Shown one piece after another: positions 16,624 through 26,977 of a DNA stretch of 39,192 nucleotides. Position 1 is the stretch's first letter, and each line of letters starts with the position of its first letter. The notes beneath the pieces are model-generated. The model saw nothing but the letters and a program-made list of their open reading frames with translations. It did not search any database and had not been told where the DNA came from. The stretch covers positions 1-39,192 of the forward strand of contig JAILIJ010000046.1 in NCBI GenBank assembly GCA_024695315.1, read 5' to 3'. This stretch comes from Bacteroidaceae bacterium. Its GTDB lineage: Bacteria > Bacteroidota > Bacteroidia > Bacteroidales > Bacteroidaceae. The position numbers and the translations under genes are program-made.

Positions 16624-19149
16624 TCAATTTTGAGATGCTCTATATTCCTTTGGAGTCATACCGTATTGGTCCTTAAAGCATTTTGCAAAGTATTGTGAAG
16701 AGCTGAATCCCACTTTATAAGATATTTCTGTTATGGAAAGAGATGTTTCCTTTAGCAACTGCTTACCTTTTTCCAATCTAGTATAACGTATAAACTCTGA
16801 AGGAGAACTTACAGACGCGTACTTTTGGAATCTTCGATAAAGGTTCGAACGGCTTAAATTCATATCTTTTGCCAGTTGTATATTATCATAATTGGCATTA
16901 TCTATATTCTTTTCTACAAGACCGATAACTTGCTCCATAAAGAGCTGTGCTTCTTTGTCTATACGTGATGGTTCATTATTTGGCGTTTTTGAATCTTCTG
17001 TAATCGCATTTTCAAAAATTTCACTTGTATCTGCGCTTTGACTTGCAGAATATCTATTTTTTATAAATCTATAAATGACAAATATGCAAGTTTGTGCAAT
17101 CAAAAAATACAACACTGACATGTACCATTTCATATATATAGGCGTAGCAATGGTGAATGTTTTTAGCTGTTGAACATCGGACCATCTACCGTATTCATCG
17201 GTACATTTAGCTTCTAAGGTGTATGTTCCTGGCCATAACTTATCGTAGCTGATTATGTTTTTACCACTTTCAAGTTTTATCCATTTGTTATAATTTCCAA
17301 AAATGACAAAACTTTCGGGAACGAATCTGTAGGTAAACTGTATTTTGTCGGCATGGAGGTGGTTGAAACTCGAAAGGTAAATAGAATCTACCAGAATTAT
17401 GATATCGTCGTTGTGGTCAACGTCAAGTTCCTTACAAGGCGCAACCATACAAAATGCTCCTACTCCTCCAAGACAAATGCTATCGCCATAAATAGTCATG
17501 TCTGTGAAATAGTCAACATTTACGCATTTGTCGTTCGCATTTATGCTCCTTGAAGCTCCTGTCTTCGGATTTGTTTCTGTAAGAGTATTTTCTGTAAGAG
17601 TCCAAATGTGACCACGTTTGTCCGTTAGGGTAGGTAGAACCGTCGGATCTGTTGAGAATGCCAATCCGTCCTTGCTCCACGTGATTCTGTGAATAGTACC
17701 TACAGAATCCGTTAGTTGCTTGAGCTTTTTTGCGTGATAATCATATTTGAAAGCTTGCTTCTCTGTTCCAATAAGCAATTGTCCTTTTCCTATGTCATTT
17801 AGAGCGGCAATATAGTTTGGAGTACATCCGCTACTATCCTCTTCCCAGAAGATTTTCATGCCTTCATTCCATATATGTATAAGATGTTTGCCGTCACATG
17901 ACCATACGCCTTTTTTGTCTTGGCATTTTGCCAGCACTTTTTGTGTTGCTAAAGGCGTAGGTAGAGCGTCCGTAGCCATGAAAGTCATCTCGCCTGTTTT
18001 ACTATTATATAGGGAAAGGCGTGTTCTTCTTTGATAAATCCAATAGTAATCTCCTTCGCGTACTATTTTGTCAACCATGATTTTGTATCCCATTTTGTTT
18101 TTCATGGCTGTTACCCCGTCGCGACGTATGCTGCCTTGAGTCCAAGCAAGGCAAAATGTATGTGGAGAAAATCCAGGAATCCACATATTACTGTTATTGT
18201 CTTGTATGACTTTCCCAATTAGTTTTTTATCTTTTGGTAGGAAACTGCTGGTTTCTAAAGCAATTAGGCTGTCATTTCTCATTAGGTAGGCATATAAATC
18301 ATCCATTGTGCTTACCCACATTATGTTATGGATAGTGTCAATGTGCATGTTGTTGATTTCTAAACCAAATTTTGTCATGGACGAAGATGCTGGTTGAGGA
18401 ATAATCTTACCATTCTTGCTGTATTTGACAATACCGCCTCCCCACGTTCCTATCCAATAGTGTTTTTTGCTTGGGTCTTCAACGATAAAACTTGCTGCAA
18501 AATTATAATCCCATGGCCTTTCAATCACTTGATCTGAGTTTTTATCCATGGAATATATTCCCCCGCGTAATATAGTCATCCAAAGAGTACCTTTGGAATC
18601 AATCATGAGTTCCTTAACCTCTTGGCGTCTATTTTTACATACATTATATTCTTTTATCAATTCCCCATCAAGGTTAAATTTAATAAGATTTTGCGCTACA
18701 CCAACAAGAATTTCGTTTTGTGAATTTGTGGCGATACAATTCACCTTTTTCCGGTTGAATAGTTCATAGTCAACCTTTTTAATCTTTTCTGTTTTTTTAT
18801 TCAATACGTAAAGTCCAGAACGTGTGCCGAACCATATTTGTCCATTTCTATCTTCGTGTAGACAACTTATTTCGTCACTCTTCATTATACCACGTCCTGA
18901 AGTTTTACTGCTATATACTTTTATACGATACCCATCATCTCTGCATAGTCCTTCTCCATTAGTTCCGTACCAAAAAAATCCTACATTATCCTGCATAATA
19001 ATTCCGGTATTTGATGTAGGTAGAAGGTCTTGAGTTGCTAATTCGTGATATGAAATATTATTAAGCAATGGATTTTGAGCATGAATAATGAGGTATGAAA
19101 AAATCCATACAGAGAATATCATTATTGATAAATGTATTTTATGTCCCAT
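16624..19149 (-). CDS. membrane-tethered sensor-regulator: periplasmic beta-propeller repeats + Y_Y_Y domain + TM + AraC HTH (no kinase or receiver)
   Basis: Repeated W.GT..GL propeller-type motifs, a Y_Y_Y-like segment (IQFTYRFVPE...WPGTYTLEAK), the TM helix YMSVLYFLIAQTCIFVIYRF, then about 45 aa before the AraC HTH (SRSNLYRRFQK...YFAKCFKDQYGMTPKEYR). The start was chosen at MGHKIH (19149) because a -7 box lies at 19187-19194. The ORF is open up to 19239. Confidence 0.8.
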   Translation of the reverse strand: MGHKIHLSIMIFSVWIFSYLIIHAQNPLLNNISYHELATQDLLPTSNTGIIMQDNVGFFWYGTNGEGLCRDDGYRIKVYSSKTSGRGIMKSDEISCLHEDRNGQIWFGTRSGLYVLNKKTEKIKKVDYELFNRKKVNCIATNSQNEILVGVAQNLIKFNLDGELIKEYNVCKNRRQEVKELMIDSKGTLWMTILRGGIYSMDKNSDQVIERPWDYNFAASFIVEDPSKKHYWIGTWGGGIVKYSKNGKIIPQPASSSMTKFGLEINNMHIDTIHNIMWVSTMDDLYAYLMRNDSLIALETSSFLPKDKKLIGKVIQDNNSNMWIPGFSPHTFCLAWTQGSIRRDGVTAMKNKMGYKIMVDKIVREGDYYWIYQRRTRLSLYNSKTGEMTFMATDALPTPLATQKVLAKCQDKKGVWSCDGKHLIHIWNEGMKIFWEEDSSGCTPNYIAALNDIGKGQLLIGTEKQAFKYDYHAKKLKQLTDSVGTIHRITWSKDGLAFSTDPTVLPTLTDKRGHIWTLTENTLTETNPKTGASRSINANDKCVNVDYFTDMTIYGDSICLGGVGAFCMVAPCKELDVDHNDDIIILVDSIYLSSFNHLHADKIQFTYRFVPESFVIFGNYNKWIKLESGKNIISYDKLWPGTYTLEAKCTDEYGRWSDVQQLKTFTIATPIYMKWYMSVLYFLIAQTCIFVIYRFIKNRYSASQSADTSEIFENAITEDSKTPNNEPSRIDKEAQLFMEQVIGLVEKNIDNANYDNIQLAKDMNLSRSNLYRRFQKYASVSSPSEFIRYTRLEKGKQLLKETSLSITEISYKVGFSSSQYFAKCFKDQYGMTPKEYRASQN

Positions 19150-19186
19150 TGCTTTATAGAAAAAATATATTTGTATAAAATAATCG

Positions 19187-19194
19187 CAAATATA
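19187..19194 (-). promoter_or_regulatory. -7 box (TATATTTG) for the sensor-regulator gene
   Basis: The reverse complement of CAAATATA matches TAnnTTTG. It lies downstream of the ATG at 19239 and upstream of the ATG at 19149. Confidence 0.55.
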
Positions 19195-19279
19195 CAATAA
19201 AATTATGTCAAAAAAGCCACTTGGGACGATTTTATACATTTAATAATCTATTTTTACCAAACGCTGATTCTTATAACTT

Positions 19280-19287
19280 TACCTTTG
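19280..19287 (+). promoter_or_regulatory. -7 box (TACCTTTG) for the PL11-GH2 operon
   Basis: TAnnTTTG match 35 nt upstream of the ATG at 19322. Confidence 0.6.
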
Positions 19288-19321
19288 TGACCAAGAAAAT
19301 TAAATCTAAAAAAAGTCTTTT

Positions 19322-22300
19322 ATGAACAGAACTAACCTATTTAATAGCTTAACAGGAAGATATGCGCAATTATTTGTTATATCTCTCTTTTGTGTTTCTG
19401 GAGCCAAAGCTCAGAGAATACAGCAACCTTTGGGACGAGGAGTTGTAGCAGTTCAAAATGGCAATAATGTAACTGTTACATGGCGACGTCTTGCCCAAGA
19501 AGCCGAGGACGCTAAGTATAATATTTATATAAAGAAGAGTGGAGCAAGTGACTTCGTAAAATTGAATACTTCTGCTCTGTCAAATACAAATTATAAGACT
19601 ACTACTTCTGTAATTCCTACAGGTTCAGAACTGGCTGTAAGGGTTGTAAATGTTTCAGGTGATAATACCGAAGAGCAGGAATTGAGTGTTCCATTTAAGT
19701 TTGAGAAAATGGATATGCGCAATAAGTTCATGGGTATACGCTTTAACAACAGTCCTCTTGAAAATAAGTCTTTTGATACTAAGTTCTGCTGGCCTGTAGA
19801 CCTTGATGGTAATGGTGAATATGATTATGTGGTTGACCGTAATTCCGTAAATTCTAATCGCCATTATCTTGAGGCATATCTTGCAGATGGCACTTATCTT
19901 TGGACTGTTGACCTCGGACCTAATGAATGGAGTTCTACAGGACAGGATGACCAAATTTGCGCATACGATATTGACTGCGATGGCTACGGAGAAGTTATAG
20001 TACAGACATCTGATGGTACACGTTTCTGGGATAAAGCTAATAATACATGGGGACTATATGTGAACAAAAGTATTACAGGAGATACAGATAATGACGGTAT
20101 CATAGATTACGATACGCAGAGCACAAAGAATCCTCCAAGATATATTTCTGTTATTAATGGGCTTACCGGAGAGGAAAAAGCAAGCGTAGAGCAAATGTAT
20201 GATGAAGCATATAATCGTACAAACAAATCGTCCTTGATGGGGGATGAGTATAATAGACACGTGGGCCATGTGGGTATATTCTATTATGATGGAATACACC
20301 CAGGGTTAGTAATGGAATGGCACACTCGAACATCAGGTGGTGCTCACCAATACCGCAATTCAGCTTTCGCATTTGATTTCTCAACTGGTAAGGCTGAGAA
20401 TTGGCATCAGCTTTTCATGAAAAGAACAGGGGGCTCAACATTTCATCAGATACGAATTCTAGATGCTGATGGTGACGGAAAGGATGAAATGAGTAGCGGA
20501 GCATACTGTATGGACCATGACGGTTCTACATTATATGATTCGGGTATTTCACATGGCGACCGCCATCGTACTACAGATATTGACCCAGAACGTCCTGGAC
20601 TTGAGACTTTCTCCGTACAACAATATGCAGGCGATATGCTTGGACAGATTCTCTTTGATGCCGGCACAGGTAAGCCTATCAAGAAATGGTATCTAACAGC
20701 GGTCGGAGATATAGGTCGTGGAGAATGTATTGATATAGATAAATCTCATTTGGGATGGGAGATGTGGTCAACAATGGACGGCAATATTTATGATGCTAAA
20801 GGCGACCTTATCCCGTCATTAAAAAATATATTCCCAACTGAGGGCGTATGGTGGGATAGTGAACTCGACCGTGAGATTGTACAGACATCTGATAGCCATT
20901 ATAATGTATATATACAGGATTTCTTCAAAGGACGTCTTATCGAGATAGCAAAAGAGTCTGGTTACAAATATATCACAAGTTATGGTAAGCGCGCCAAGTT
21001 CTGGGGAGATATTATTGGCGACTGGCGTGAGGAACTTATTCTCAATTACATGGAGAACGGAGTAAACGTGGGTATTGCTGGTTTCACTACGGACTATACA
21101 ACAGCCGTAAACAACATCTATTGTTTGCAGGAAGATCCACATTATAGAGGCGACTGCACAACAAAGGGCTATTATCAGTCTCCTAATCCTGGATTCTACC
21201 TAGGATATGATATGCCTCGTCCACAGCTTCCTCCATGTATGGTTACGGATTTGGTAGCTAAAACTGATAATACTTGGACTGGATATGATCATGTAACCGC
21301 TGCAGCATACGAAAACGGCAAGAGCGTACTGTTCGACCTTACTTTTGGTACTGGTTCTTTCAATCTTGAAGATAATTTCGAGCCTGCGTCTATATATGCT
21401 ATGCCAGTAAAGGATCAGACTATCACTATAAATGGTTATATTGCCGGTAAATGTGATTTCTGGAAGTCACAGCAAGGAACTATAGTTCTATCTGGCAAGA
21501 ACAATTCTACTGGTATAACTTACATTTCAGAAGGAACACTTCAGGTTGATGGCGAAATTGCAGGAACATTAGATATTCGTGCACGTGGCACCTTGACTGG
21601 TTCAGGTTCTGTAAATGATGTGACTTTCGAGGGCGCACTCAATTATGAAGGTGGACGCATCATGCCGACTGGAACATTAACATTTAAGAAAGGACTTGAA
21701 ATTGATAAGAAAACATACGTAGAACTTGACATCAATAAGGGTACGCTTATAAAGGCCGTTGGCGATCTTAACGTTACTGCTTCTACCATTTTTACTATTG
21801 ATTTCACATCTCCTGAAGCTGGCGAATATAAACTCATAGAATATAGCGGTAATTTTAAGGGCGACATGAATAATTTCAACGTACGCGGAATTGTAGGTCT
21901 TTCTTATAATATCGTGAACCATGATAATGCTATATGGCTAAAGATAAATGAACAGCGCGAGGCTGCTCAAGGAGTTAAGTGGACTGCAGCAGAGACATCC
22001 ATTTGGGATTATCAGACTGATAATTTTATGAAAGATGATGTCGCTACTACTTTCGTAGCTGAAGATGGCTTGTATTTTGGAGATGAGGCAAATAATAAGA
22101 CTGTTCAAGTGGATGAGTTAATGCCAACAAGCAGAGTGGAAGTAAATACAGAAAAGACATATACATTTAATGGTGAAGGTGGATTCTCTGGAACAGGAAT
22201 GTTGGTTAAGAATGGCTCTGGTAAGTTAATTCTAAATACTACAAAGGCTGACTATAAGGGGGCTACTGTTATAAACTCAGGAACCGTAACTGTTAAGGAA

Positions 22301-23791
22301 TTGGCAGATGGTGGAAATGTGTCTTCTTTTGGAGCAGCATCATCAAGTGCCGAAAACCTTAAAATTGGCAAGGCTACGCTTATTGTGAACAACACAAATA
22401 CAGCCACTAATCGAGGCATAACACTCCTTGATACTGCAACTTTCCAAATTCCTTCAGGTACAACATCCTTGAAAGGTATTATAAAAGGTGACGGAACTCT
22501 ACATAAAACAGGTACAGGACAGTTAAATATCACTTATGCAGGCAGCAATTCATGGGCAGAAACTATACTGCAAAGCGGTATTCTGGCAATGGGAACGTGG
22601 AACACGACATTTGGGAAATCTGGAAGTCCTATACATGTTATTGGAAATTCTACTATCAAGATGTTTGATAATAATACATCAAGTGCTGTGCCAACGTTGC
22701 AAAATGCTATAATCATAGATAAGGGCAAGATTCTCACCTTTGCCGCAGGTAGTCGTTGTACAGTAAAAGGTTCACTTTTGGGTGAGGGAACTTACAAAAT
22801 TAGTTTCCCATACGTTCGTGGAGATGTGTACACAAATTGCTCTAAGTTTGAGGGAACATACGAGGTCACTTCTGGACAGTTACGTCTGCGTCAGGCTATG
22901 GACTTGTCCAAAGGAACTTTGAAACTTGGTGCTGGTGTATATGCTGCAGGACTTAATTCTGACAAGAATGAATATAGCTATAATCATAAGATTGGTTCAC
23001 TTACTTCTACGGCTACAGATTGTACACTTTCAACAGGTGTTTGGAATGTAGGCTATCTTGGAAAGGACGACACTTATGCAGGAGCATTCAGTTCTGCTGC
23101 TACACTCAATAAGTATGGCGAAGGTCGTCTGATACTTTCTGGTTCTGGTGCAGGAAAAGTAAATGTCTATTCAGGAATCCTTGAGGCAAGAAATACAAGT
23201 GCTCCAATCACAACCGAAACAATAAGCGTAAGAGATGGAGGAACACTCGAGGGTACGGGGCAGGTGAATAGTATAATAGCATATAGCGGAGGTACCGTAG
23301 GAGCCGGAAATGGCACTTCTGTAGTCGGTACTTTAACTGTTAATGGTTCGCTTACCATGAACTCTGGTTCAGTCCTGAGAATACGTACTAGATCTACATC
23401 TACAAAAACAAATTCGGATGCTTTAGATGTTATGGGTAATGTGAAACTCAATTCTACAAAAATTGTCTTTGAGGAGATAAGTTCTAGTGGAATTTTTGCT
23501 GACGATGCCGAATTACAGATAATAAAATGTGATGGTAAAATATCACTTTCTGGAGATGTGACTATAGAACCTGCTATGCCAAAAGAAGGATGGAAGTGGG
23601 ACACAAGTACGCTAACCTCTGATGGTAAAATTCGTGTTGTAGCTGATCCAACGACAGCCATTACTTCTGTTTCAGCAGATGAATTATCGTCTGACGATAA
23701 GATATTTGATATGTCAGGTCGTAGAGTTACTCTAATATCTGAAAGCGGATCTTATATCGTGAATGGAAAGAAAGTTTTTGTAAGAAAATAA
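19322..23791 (+). CDS. rhamnogalacturonan lyase (PL11-like propeller) fused to autotransporter-associated beta-strand repeats and a T9SS C-terminal sorting domain
   Basis: Signal peptide, then the PL11-type N-terminus (LGRGVVAV..VTVTWRRL), Ca-binding DxDGDG-type blades (DLDGNGEYDYVV, DIDCDGYGEV, DADGDGKDEM) and GDIIGDWREELI. At least four GxGxLxLxG...Y.G.T.I..GTL repeats occupy residues about 720-1300. The C-terminal IFDMSGRRVTLISESGSYIVNGKKVFVRK resembles a T9SS tail. Confidence 0.75.
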   Translation: MNRTNLFNSLTGRYAQLFVISLFCVSGAKAQRIQQPLGRGVVAVQNGNNVTVTWRRLAQEAEDAKYNIYIKKSGASDFVKLNTSALSNTNYKTTTSVIPTGSELAVRVVNVSGDNTEEQELSVPFKFEKMDMRNKFMGIRFNNSPLENKSFDTKFCWPVDLDGNGEYDYVVDRNSVNSNRHYLEAYLADGTYLWTVDLGPNEWSSTGQDDQICAYDIDCDGYGEVIVQTSDGTRFWDKANNTWGLYVNKSITGDTDNDGIIDYDTQSTKNPPRYISVINGLTGEEKASVEQMYDEAYNRTNKSSLMGDEYNRHVGHVGIFYYDGIHPGLVMEWHTRTSGGAHQYRNSAFAFDFSTGKAENWHQLFMKRTGGSTFHQIRILDADGDGKDEMSSGAYCMDHDGSTLYDSGISHGDRHRTTDIDPERPGLETFSVQQYAGDMLGQILFDAGTGKPIKKWYLTAVGDIGRGECIDIDKSHLGWEMWSTMDGNIYDAKGDLIPSLKNIFPTEGVWWDSELDREIVQTSDSHYNVYIQDFFKGRLIEIAKESGYKYITSYGKRAKFWGDIIGDWREELILNYMENGVNVGIAGFTTDYTTAVNNIYCLQEDPHYRGDCTTKGYYQSPNPGFYLGYDMPRPQLPPCMVTDLVAKTDNTWTGYDHVTAAAYENGKSVLFDLTFGTGSFNLEDNFEPASIYAMPVKDQTITINGYIAGKCDFWKSQQGTIVLSGKNNSTGITYISEGTLQVDGEIAGTLDIRARGTLTGSGSVNDVTFEGALNYEGGRIMPTGTLTFKKGLEIDKKTYVELDINKGTLIKAVGDLNVTASTIFTIDFTSPEAGEYKLIEYSGNFKGDMNNFNVRGIVGLSYNIVNHDNAIWLKINEQREAAQGVKWTAAETSIWDYQTDNFMKDDVATTFVAEDGLYFGDEANNKTVQVDELMPTSRVEVNTEKTYTFNGEGGFSGTGMLVKNGSGKLILNTTKADYKGATVINSGTVTVKELADGGNVSSFGAASSSAENLKIGKATLIVNNTNTATNRGITLLDTATFQIPSGTTSLKGIIKGDGTLHKTGTGQLNITYAGSNSWAETILQSGILAMGTWNTTFGKSGSPIHVIGNSTIKMFDNNTSSAVPTLQNAIIIDKGKILTFAAGSRCTVKGSLLGEGTYKISFPYVRGDVYTNCSKFEGTYEVTSGQLRLRQAMDLSKGTLKLGAGVYAAGLNSDKNEYSYNHKIGSLTSTATDCTLSTGVWNVGYLGKDDTYAGAFSSAATLNKYGEGRLILSGSGAGKVNVYSGILEARNTSAPITTETISVRDGGTLEGTGQVNSIIAYSGGTVGAGNGTSVVGTLTVNGSLTMNSGSVLRIRTRSTSTKTNSDALDVMGNVKLNSTKIVFEEISSSGIFADDAELQIIKCDGKISLSGDVTIEPAMPKEGWKWDTSTLTSDGKIRVVADPTTAITSVSADELSSDDKIFDMSGRRVTLISESGSYIVNGKKVFVRK

Positions 23792-23867
23792 TATAGACAT
23801 ATTTTATTAGTATTTTTGTTAAGTAAGTTTGATAAGTAAATCTAAAAAATTAGTTTTTGTGAAAAAG

Positions 23868-26800
23868 ATGAACATACACCGATTGCTAACAATCTTTACC
23901 ATGCTCGGCTGTGCAGTCTCGATGACTGCACAGCAAAGAGCAAAATACAATTTCAATGGGAACTGGCAGATTCATTATCCAAAAGATTGTATAAATCATC
24001 AGGGAACAACCGAAACTGTCACATTGCCTCGTGCATGGAATGAAGACTATGCTTATAGGGTTGGCATAGCCAGTCTACCTGATGACACATGTAGATATAC
24101 AAAGACGTTTTTTGCTCCTAAGGAATGGAGTGGTAAACGTATTCTCATAGAGTTTGAAGGTGCGCGTCAGGCTGCCGAAGTATGGATGAATGGAAAGAGA
24201 GTAGGGCTGCATGAAAATGGGGTTATGGCTTTCGGATTTGATCTTACTCCATATATCGTAATTGGGAAAGAGAATAAGTTAGAAGTCCTTACCGATAATG
24301 ACTGGTCTTATAAAGAGAAGAATTATAAGGGAAAAGATTCTGATATCACTATATCCAAGGATGGAAATAGTCTGCCATTCAATGAACTCAAGGCTAACTC
24401 TTTTCAATGGAATAATAAGAATTTCAATATGAATATGGGTGGACTCCCAAAGAATGTCTACTTGCATATTGTTGATGAGGTCTATCAAACTCTTCCGCTT
24501 TATAGTAGTCTTGGTACCACAGGAGTATATATATATGGTACCGATTATGATATAAACGGCAAAAAGGTTGTGGCAAATGTAGAGTCTCAAGTTATCAATT
24601 CTTCCAAATCTCCCAAGGCCGTCTCCCTTTTTGTGGAAGTTCTGGATAATGACGGAAAGTTGGTATCAAAATTCTCAGGAAAGCAGATGAATGTTTCTTC
24701 AGGAGATACTATAATCCTTTCGGCAAAACGTAAACTTTCTGGAGTACATTTTTGGTCTTGGGGGTATGGATACCTTTATACAGTACGTACATCTCTGAAA
24801 GTAGATGGCAAGGTTGGCGATTGTGTTTCCACCAAAACGGGATTCCGAAAGACGAAATTCCAAGATGGTAAAATATGGCTTAATGACCGTTGTATTATGA
24901 TGCATGGCTATGCTCAGCGTACAAGTAACGAATGGCCATCGGTAGGTATTGATATACCTGCATGGCTTTCTGACTATAGCAACGATTTAATGGTGAAATC
25001 TGGAGGAAATCTGGTTCGCTGGATGCATGTTACACCTACTCGTCAGGACGTTGAGTCGTGTGACCGCGTAGGACTTATCCAGGCTATGCCAGCTGGCGAT
25101 GCGGAGAAGGATGTTACAGGTCGTCATTGGAGCCAGCGTACAGAACTCATGCGCGATGCAATTATCTATAATAGAAACAATCCTTCTATACTATTCTATG
25201 AGGGTGGAAACGAATCCATATCAAGGGAACACATGAAGGAACTTATAGCCATTCGTGATATGTATGACCCTCATGGCGGACGCGCCACAGGTTCACGCGA
25301 AATGCTTGATATCGACGAGGCAGAATACGGAGGTGAAATGCTATATATAAACAAATCGAAGAAGCATCCTATGTGGGCAATGGAATATTGCCGTGACGAG
25401 GGTTACAGAATGTATTGGGATAACTATTCCTATCCATACCATCAGGCTGGTGCTGGTCCTTTATATAAAAATGCTTCTGCGGCAGTTTATAATAGAAATC
25501 AGGACGATTTGACAATCGAACAGATTATACGTTGGAATGACTATTATGTTGTTCGTCCAGGCATGGGTAAGAGATGTTCATCTGGAGGAGTAAAGATTAT
25601 ATTTTCAGATACAAATACTCATGGACGTTCTGAGTTCAATTACCGCGTAAGTGGTGTGGTTGACGCTATGCGTATAGAGAAAGATGCCTATTTTGCAAAT
25701 CAGGTAATGTGGAATTCATGGGTTGATGTGCAGCATAGCGCGAGCCATATAATTGGTCATTGGAACTATCAGAACGGTATTGTTAAGGATGTGCATGTCG
25801 TTTCTACTTCCCCTATTGTAGAACTCTTTGTAAATGGAGAGTCTGTAGGTAAATCGACGACTCCAAAACATACTTTCCTGCACACATTCAAGAAAGTTAG
25901 ATGGGCTGCTGGAGAAGTTAAGGCCATTGGATATGCTGCTGATGGAGTAACCGTAGAGTCAGAGGCAAGTCATAAGACTGCAGGACGGCCTGATCATTTG
26001 AAATTTACGCTTATGCAGAATCCTGATGGGGGAATGATTGCCGATGGAGCAGATTTAGCCCTTGTGCAGATTGAAGTTGTAGATAAGGATGGTAATAGAT
26101 GCCCAGTAGATAACCGACTCATACATTGGTCGATTGAGGGCGAAGGAGAATGGAGAGGCGGCATGGCTAAGAGTCCAGACGGGGATAATTACATCCTTTC
26201 AAAGATCCTTCCTGTTGAAGCTGGAGTAAGTCGAGTTTTGGTACGTTCTACAACGAAGGCCGGCAATATACGTCTTACTGCCAAAGCTATAGGTATGGCT
26301 GATGCTACCTTAGAATGGACTTCTCATGCGGATAAGGCAAAAATCGACGATGGATTGACACGGTATATTGCATCTGAGCATCTAAGTTCTGTCTTGGATA
26401 GGGGAGAAACACCTTCAACACCATCTTATGTGGATAAGAAGAGAAACATAGATATCGTATCTGCTACAGCTGGTGCTAATGCTGAAAATGCCATAAGAAG
26501 TTGGGACGACAACGAACTATCGGAATGGCGAAATGATGGTAAATTGTCCTCAGCTTGGATAACTTATGAACTTGCGGAAGCTGAGGCTATAGATGAAATA
26601 AGCATTAAGTTCACAGGCTGGCGTCAGCGTTCTTATCCTATCGAGGTTCTTGCAGACAATAAGGTGGTTTGGAAAGGTAATACAGAGAAGTCATTAGGAT
26701 ATGTGAGTCTTTTCATCAAGAATCCTGTTAAAGCCAAGAAATACACTATTCGTCAGATTGGTTCTTCGACAGATAAAGATGCTTTTGGACAAGTGACAGA

Positions 26801-26912
26801 ACTTGCAGGAGGTAATGCGGCGGAACTTGATCTTTACAAAACGCCAGGAAGTGAAAAGGTAAGAGGAGAACTACGAATCGTAGAATGCGATTTCTTGAAA
26901 AGAATAGAATAA
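23868..26912 (+). CDS. glycoside hydrolase family 2 with C-terminal F5/8 type C (discoidin-like) domain
   Basis: ATG start giving the signal peptide MNIHRLLTIFTMLGCAVSMTAQQ (the track start at 23829 is TTG). GH2 sugar-binding segment (VWMNGKRVGLHENGVMAFGFDLTPYI), TIM-barrel segment with NNPSILFYEGGNES, and a C-terminal SEWRNDGKLSSAWITYEL module. Confidence 0.8.
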   Translation: MNIHRLLTIFTMLGCAVSMTAQQRAKYNFNGNWQIHYPKDCINHQGTTETVTLPRAWNEDYAYRVGIASLPDDTCRYTKTFFAPKEWSGKRILIEFEGARQAAEVWMNGKRVGLHENGVMAFGFDLTPYIVIGKENKLEVLTDNDWSYKEKNYKGKDSDITISKDGNSLPFNELKANSFQWNNKNFNMNMGGLPKNVYLHIVDEVYQTLPLYSSLGTTGVYIYGTDYDINGKKVVANVESQVINSSKSPKAVSLFVEVLDNDGKLVSKFSGKQMNVSSGDTIILSAKRKLSGVHFWSWGYGYLYTVRTSLKVDGKVGDCVSTKTGFRKTKFQDGKIWLNDRCIMMHGYAQRTSNEWPSVGIDIPAWLSDYSNDLMVKSGGNLVRWMHVTPTRQDVESCDRVGLIQAMPAGDAEKDVTGRHWSQRTELMRDAIIYNRNNPSILFYEGGNESISREHMKELIAIRDMYDPHGGRATGSREMLDIDEAEYGGEMLYINKSKKHPMWAMEYCRDEGYRMYWDNYSYPYHQAGAGPLYKNASAAVYNRNQDDLTIEQIIRWNDYYVVRPGMGKRCSSGGVKIIFSDTNTHGRSEFNYRVSGVVDAMRIEKDAYFANQVMWNSWVDVQHSASHIIGHWNYQNGIVKDVHVVSTSPIVELFVNGESVGKSTTPKHTFLHTFKKVRWAAGEVKAIGYAADGVTVESEASHKTAGRPDHLKFTLMQNPDGGMIADGADLALVQIEVVDKDGNRCPVDNRLIHWSIEGEGEWRGGMAKSPDGDNYILSKILPVEAGVSRVLVRSTTKAGNIRLTAKAIGMADATLEWTSHADKAKIDDGLTRYIASEHLSSVLDRGETPSTPSYVDKKRNIDIVSATAGANAENAIRSWDDNELSEWRNDGKLSSAWITYELAEAEAIDEISIKFTGWRQRSYPIEVLADNKVVWKGNTEKSLGYVSLFIKNPVKAKKYTIRQIGSSTDKDAFGQVTELAGGNAAELDLYKTPGSEKVRGELRIVECDFLKRIE

Positions 26913-26930
26913 TATTACAATAAAATATAG

Positions 26931-26938
26931 TATCTTTG
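26931..26938 (+). promoter_or_regulatory. internal -7 box (TATCTTTG) ahead of GH95
   Basis: TAnnTTTG match 40 nt upstream of the ATG at 26978. Confidence 0.5.
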
Positions 26939-26977
26939 CATTATTACTAATACCCAAATTATACAATAATCAAAGAT

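Noticed and set aside
19150-19239. Upstream ATG extending the sensor-regulator ORF by 30 codons
   Set aside because: The TAnnTTTG box at 19187-19194 lies inside this extension. The extension (MYKIVPSGFFDIILLYICDYFIQIYFFYKA) precedes a normal signal-anchor sequence that starts at MGHKIH.
23829-23867. TTG start for the GH2 gene given in the ORF track
   Set aside because: The ATG at 23868 yields a standard signal peptide (MNIHRLLTIFTMLGCAVSMTAQQ). The TTG extension adds only a basic, non-signal stretch.
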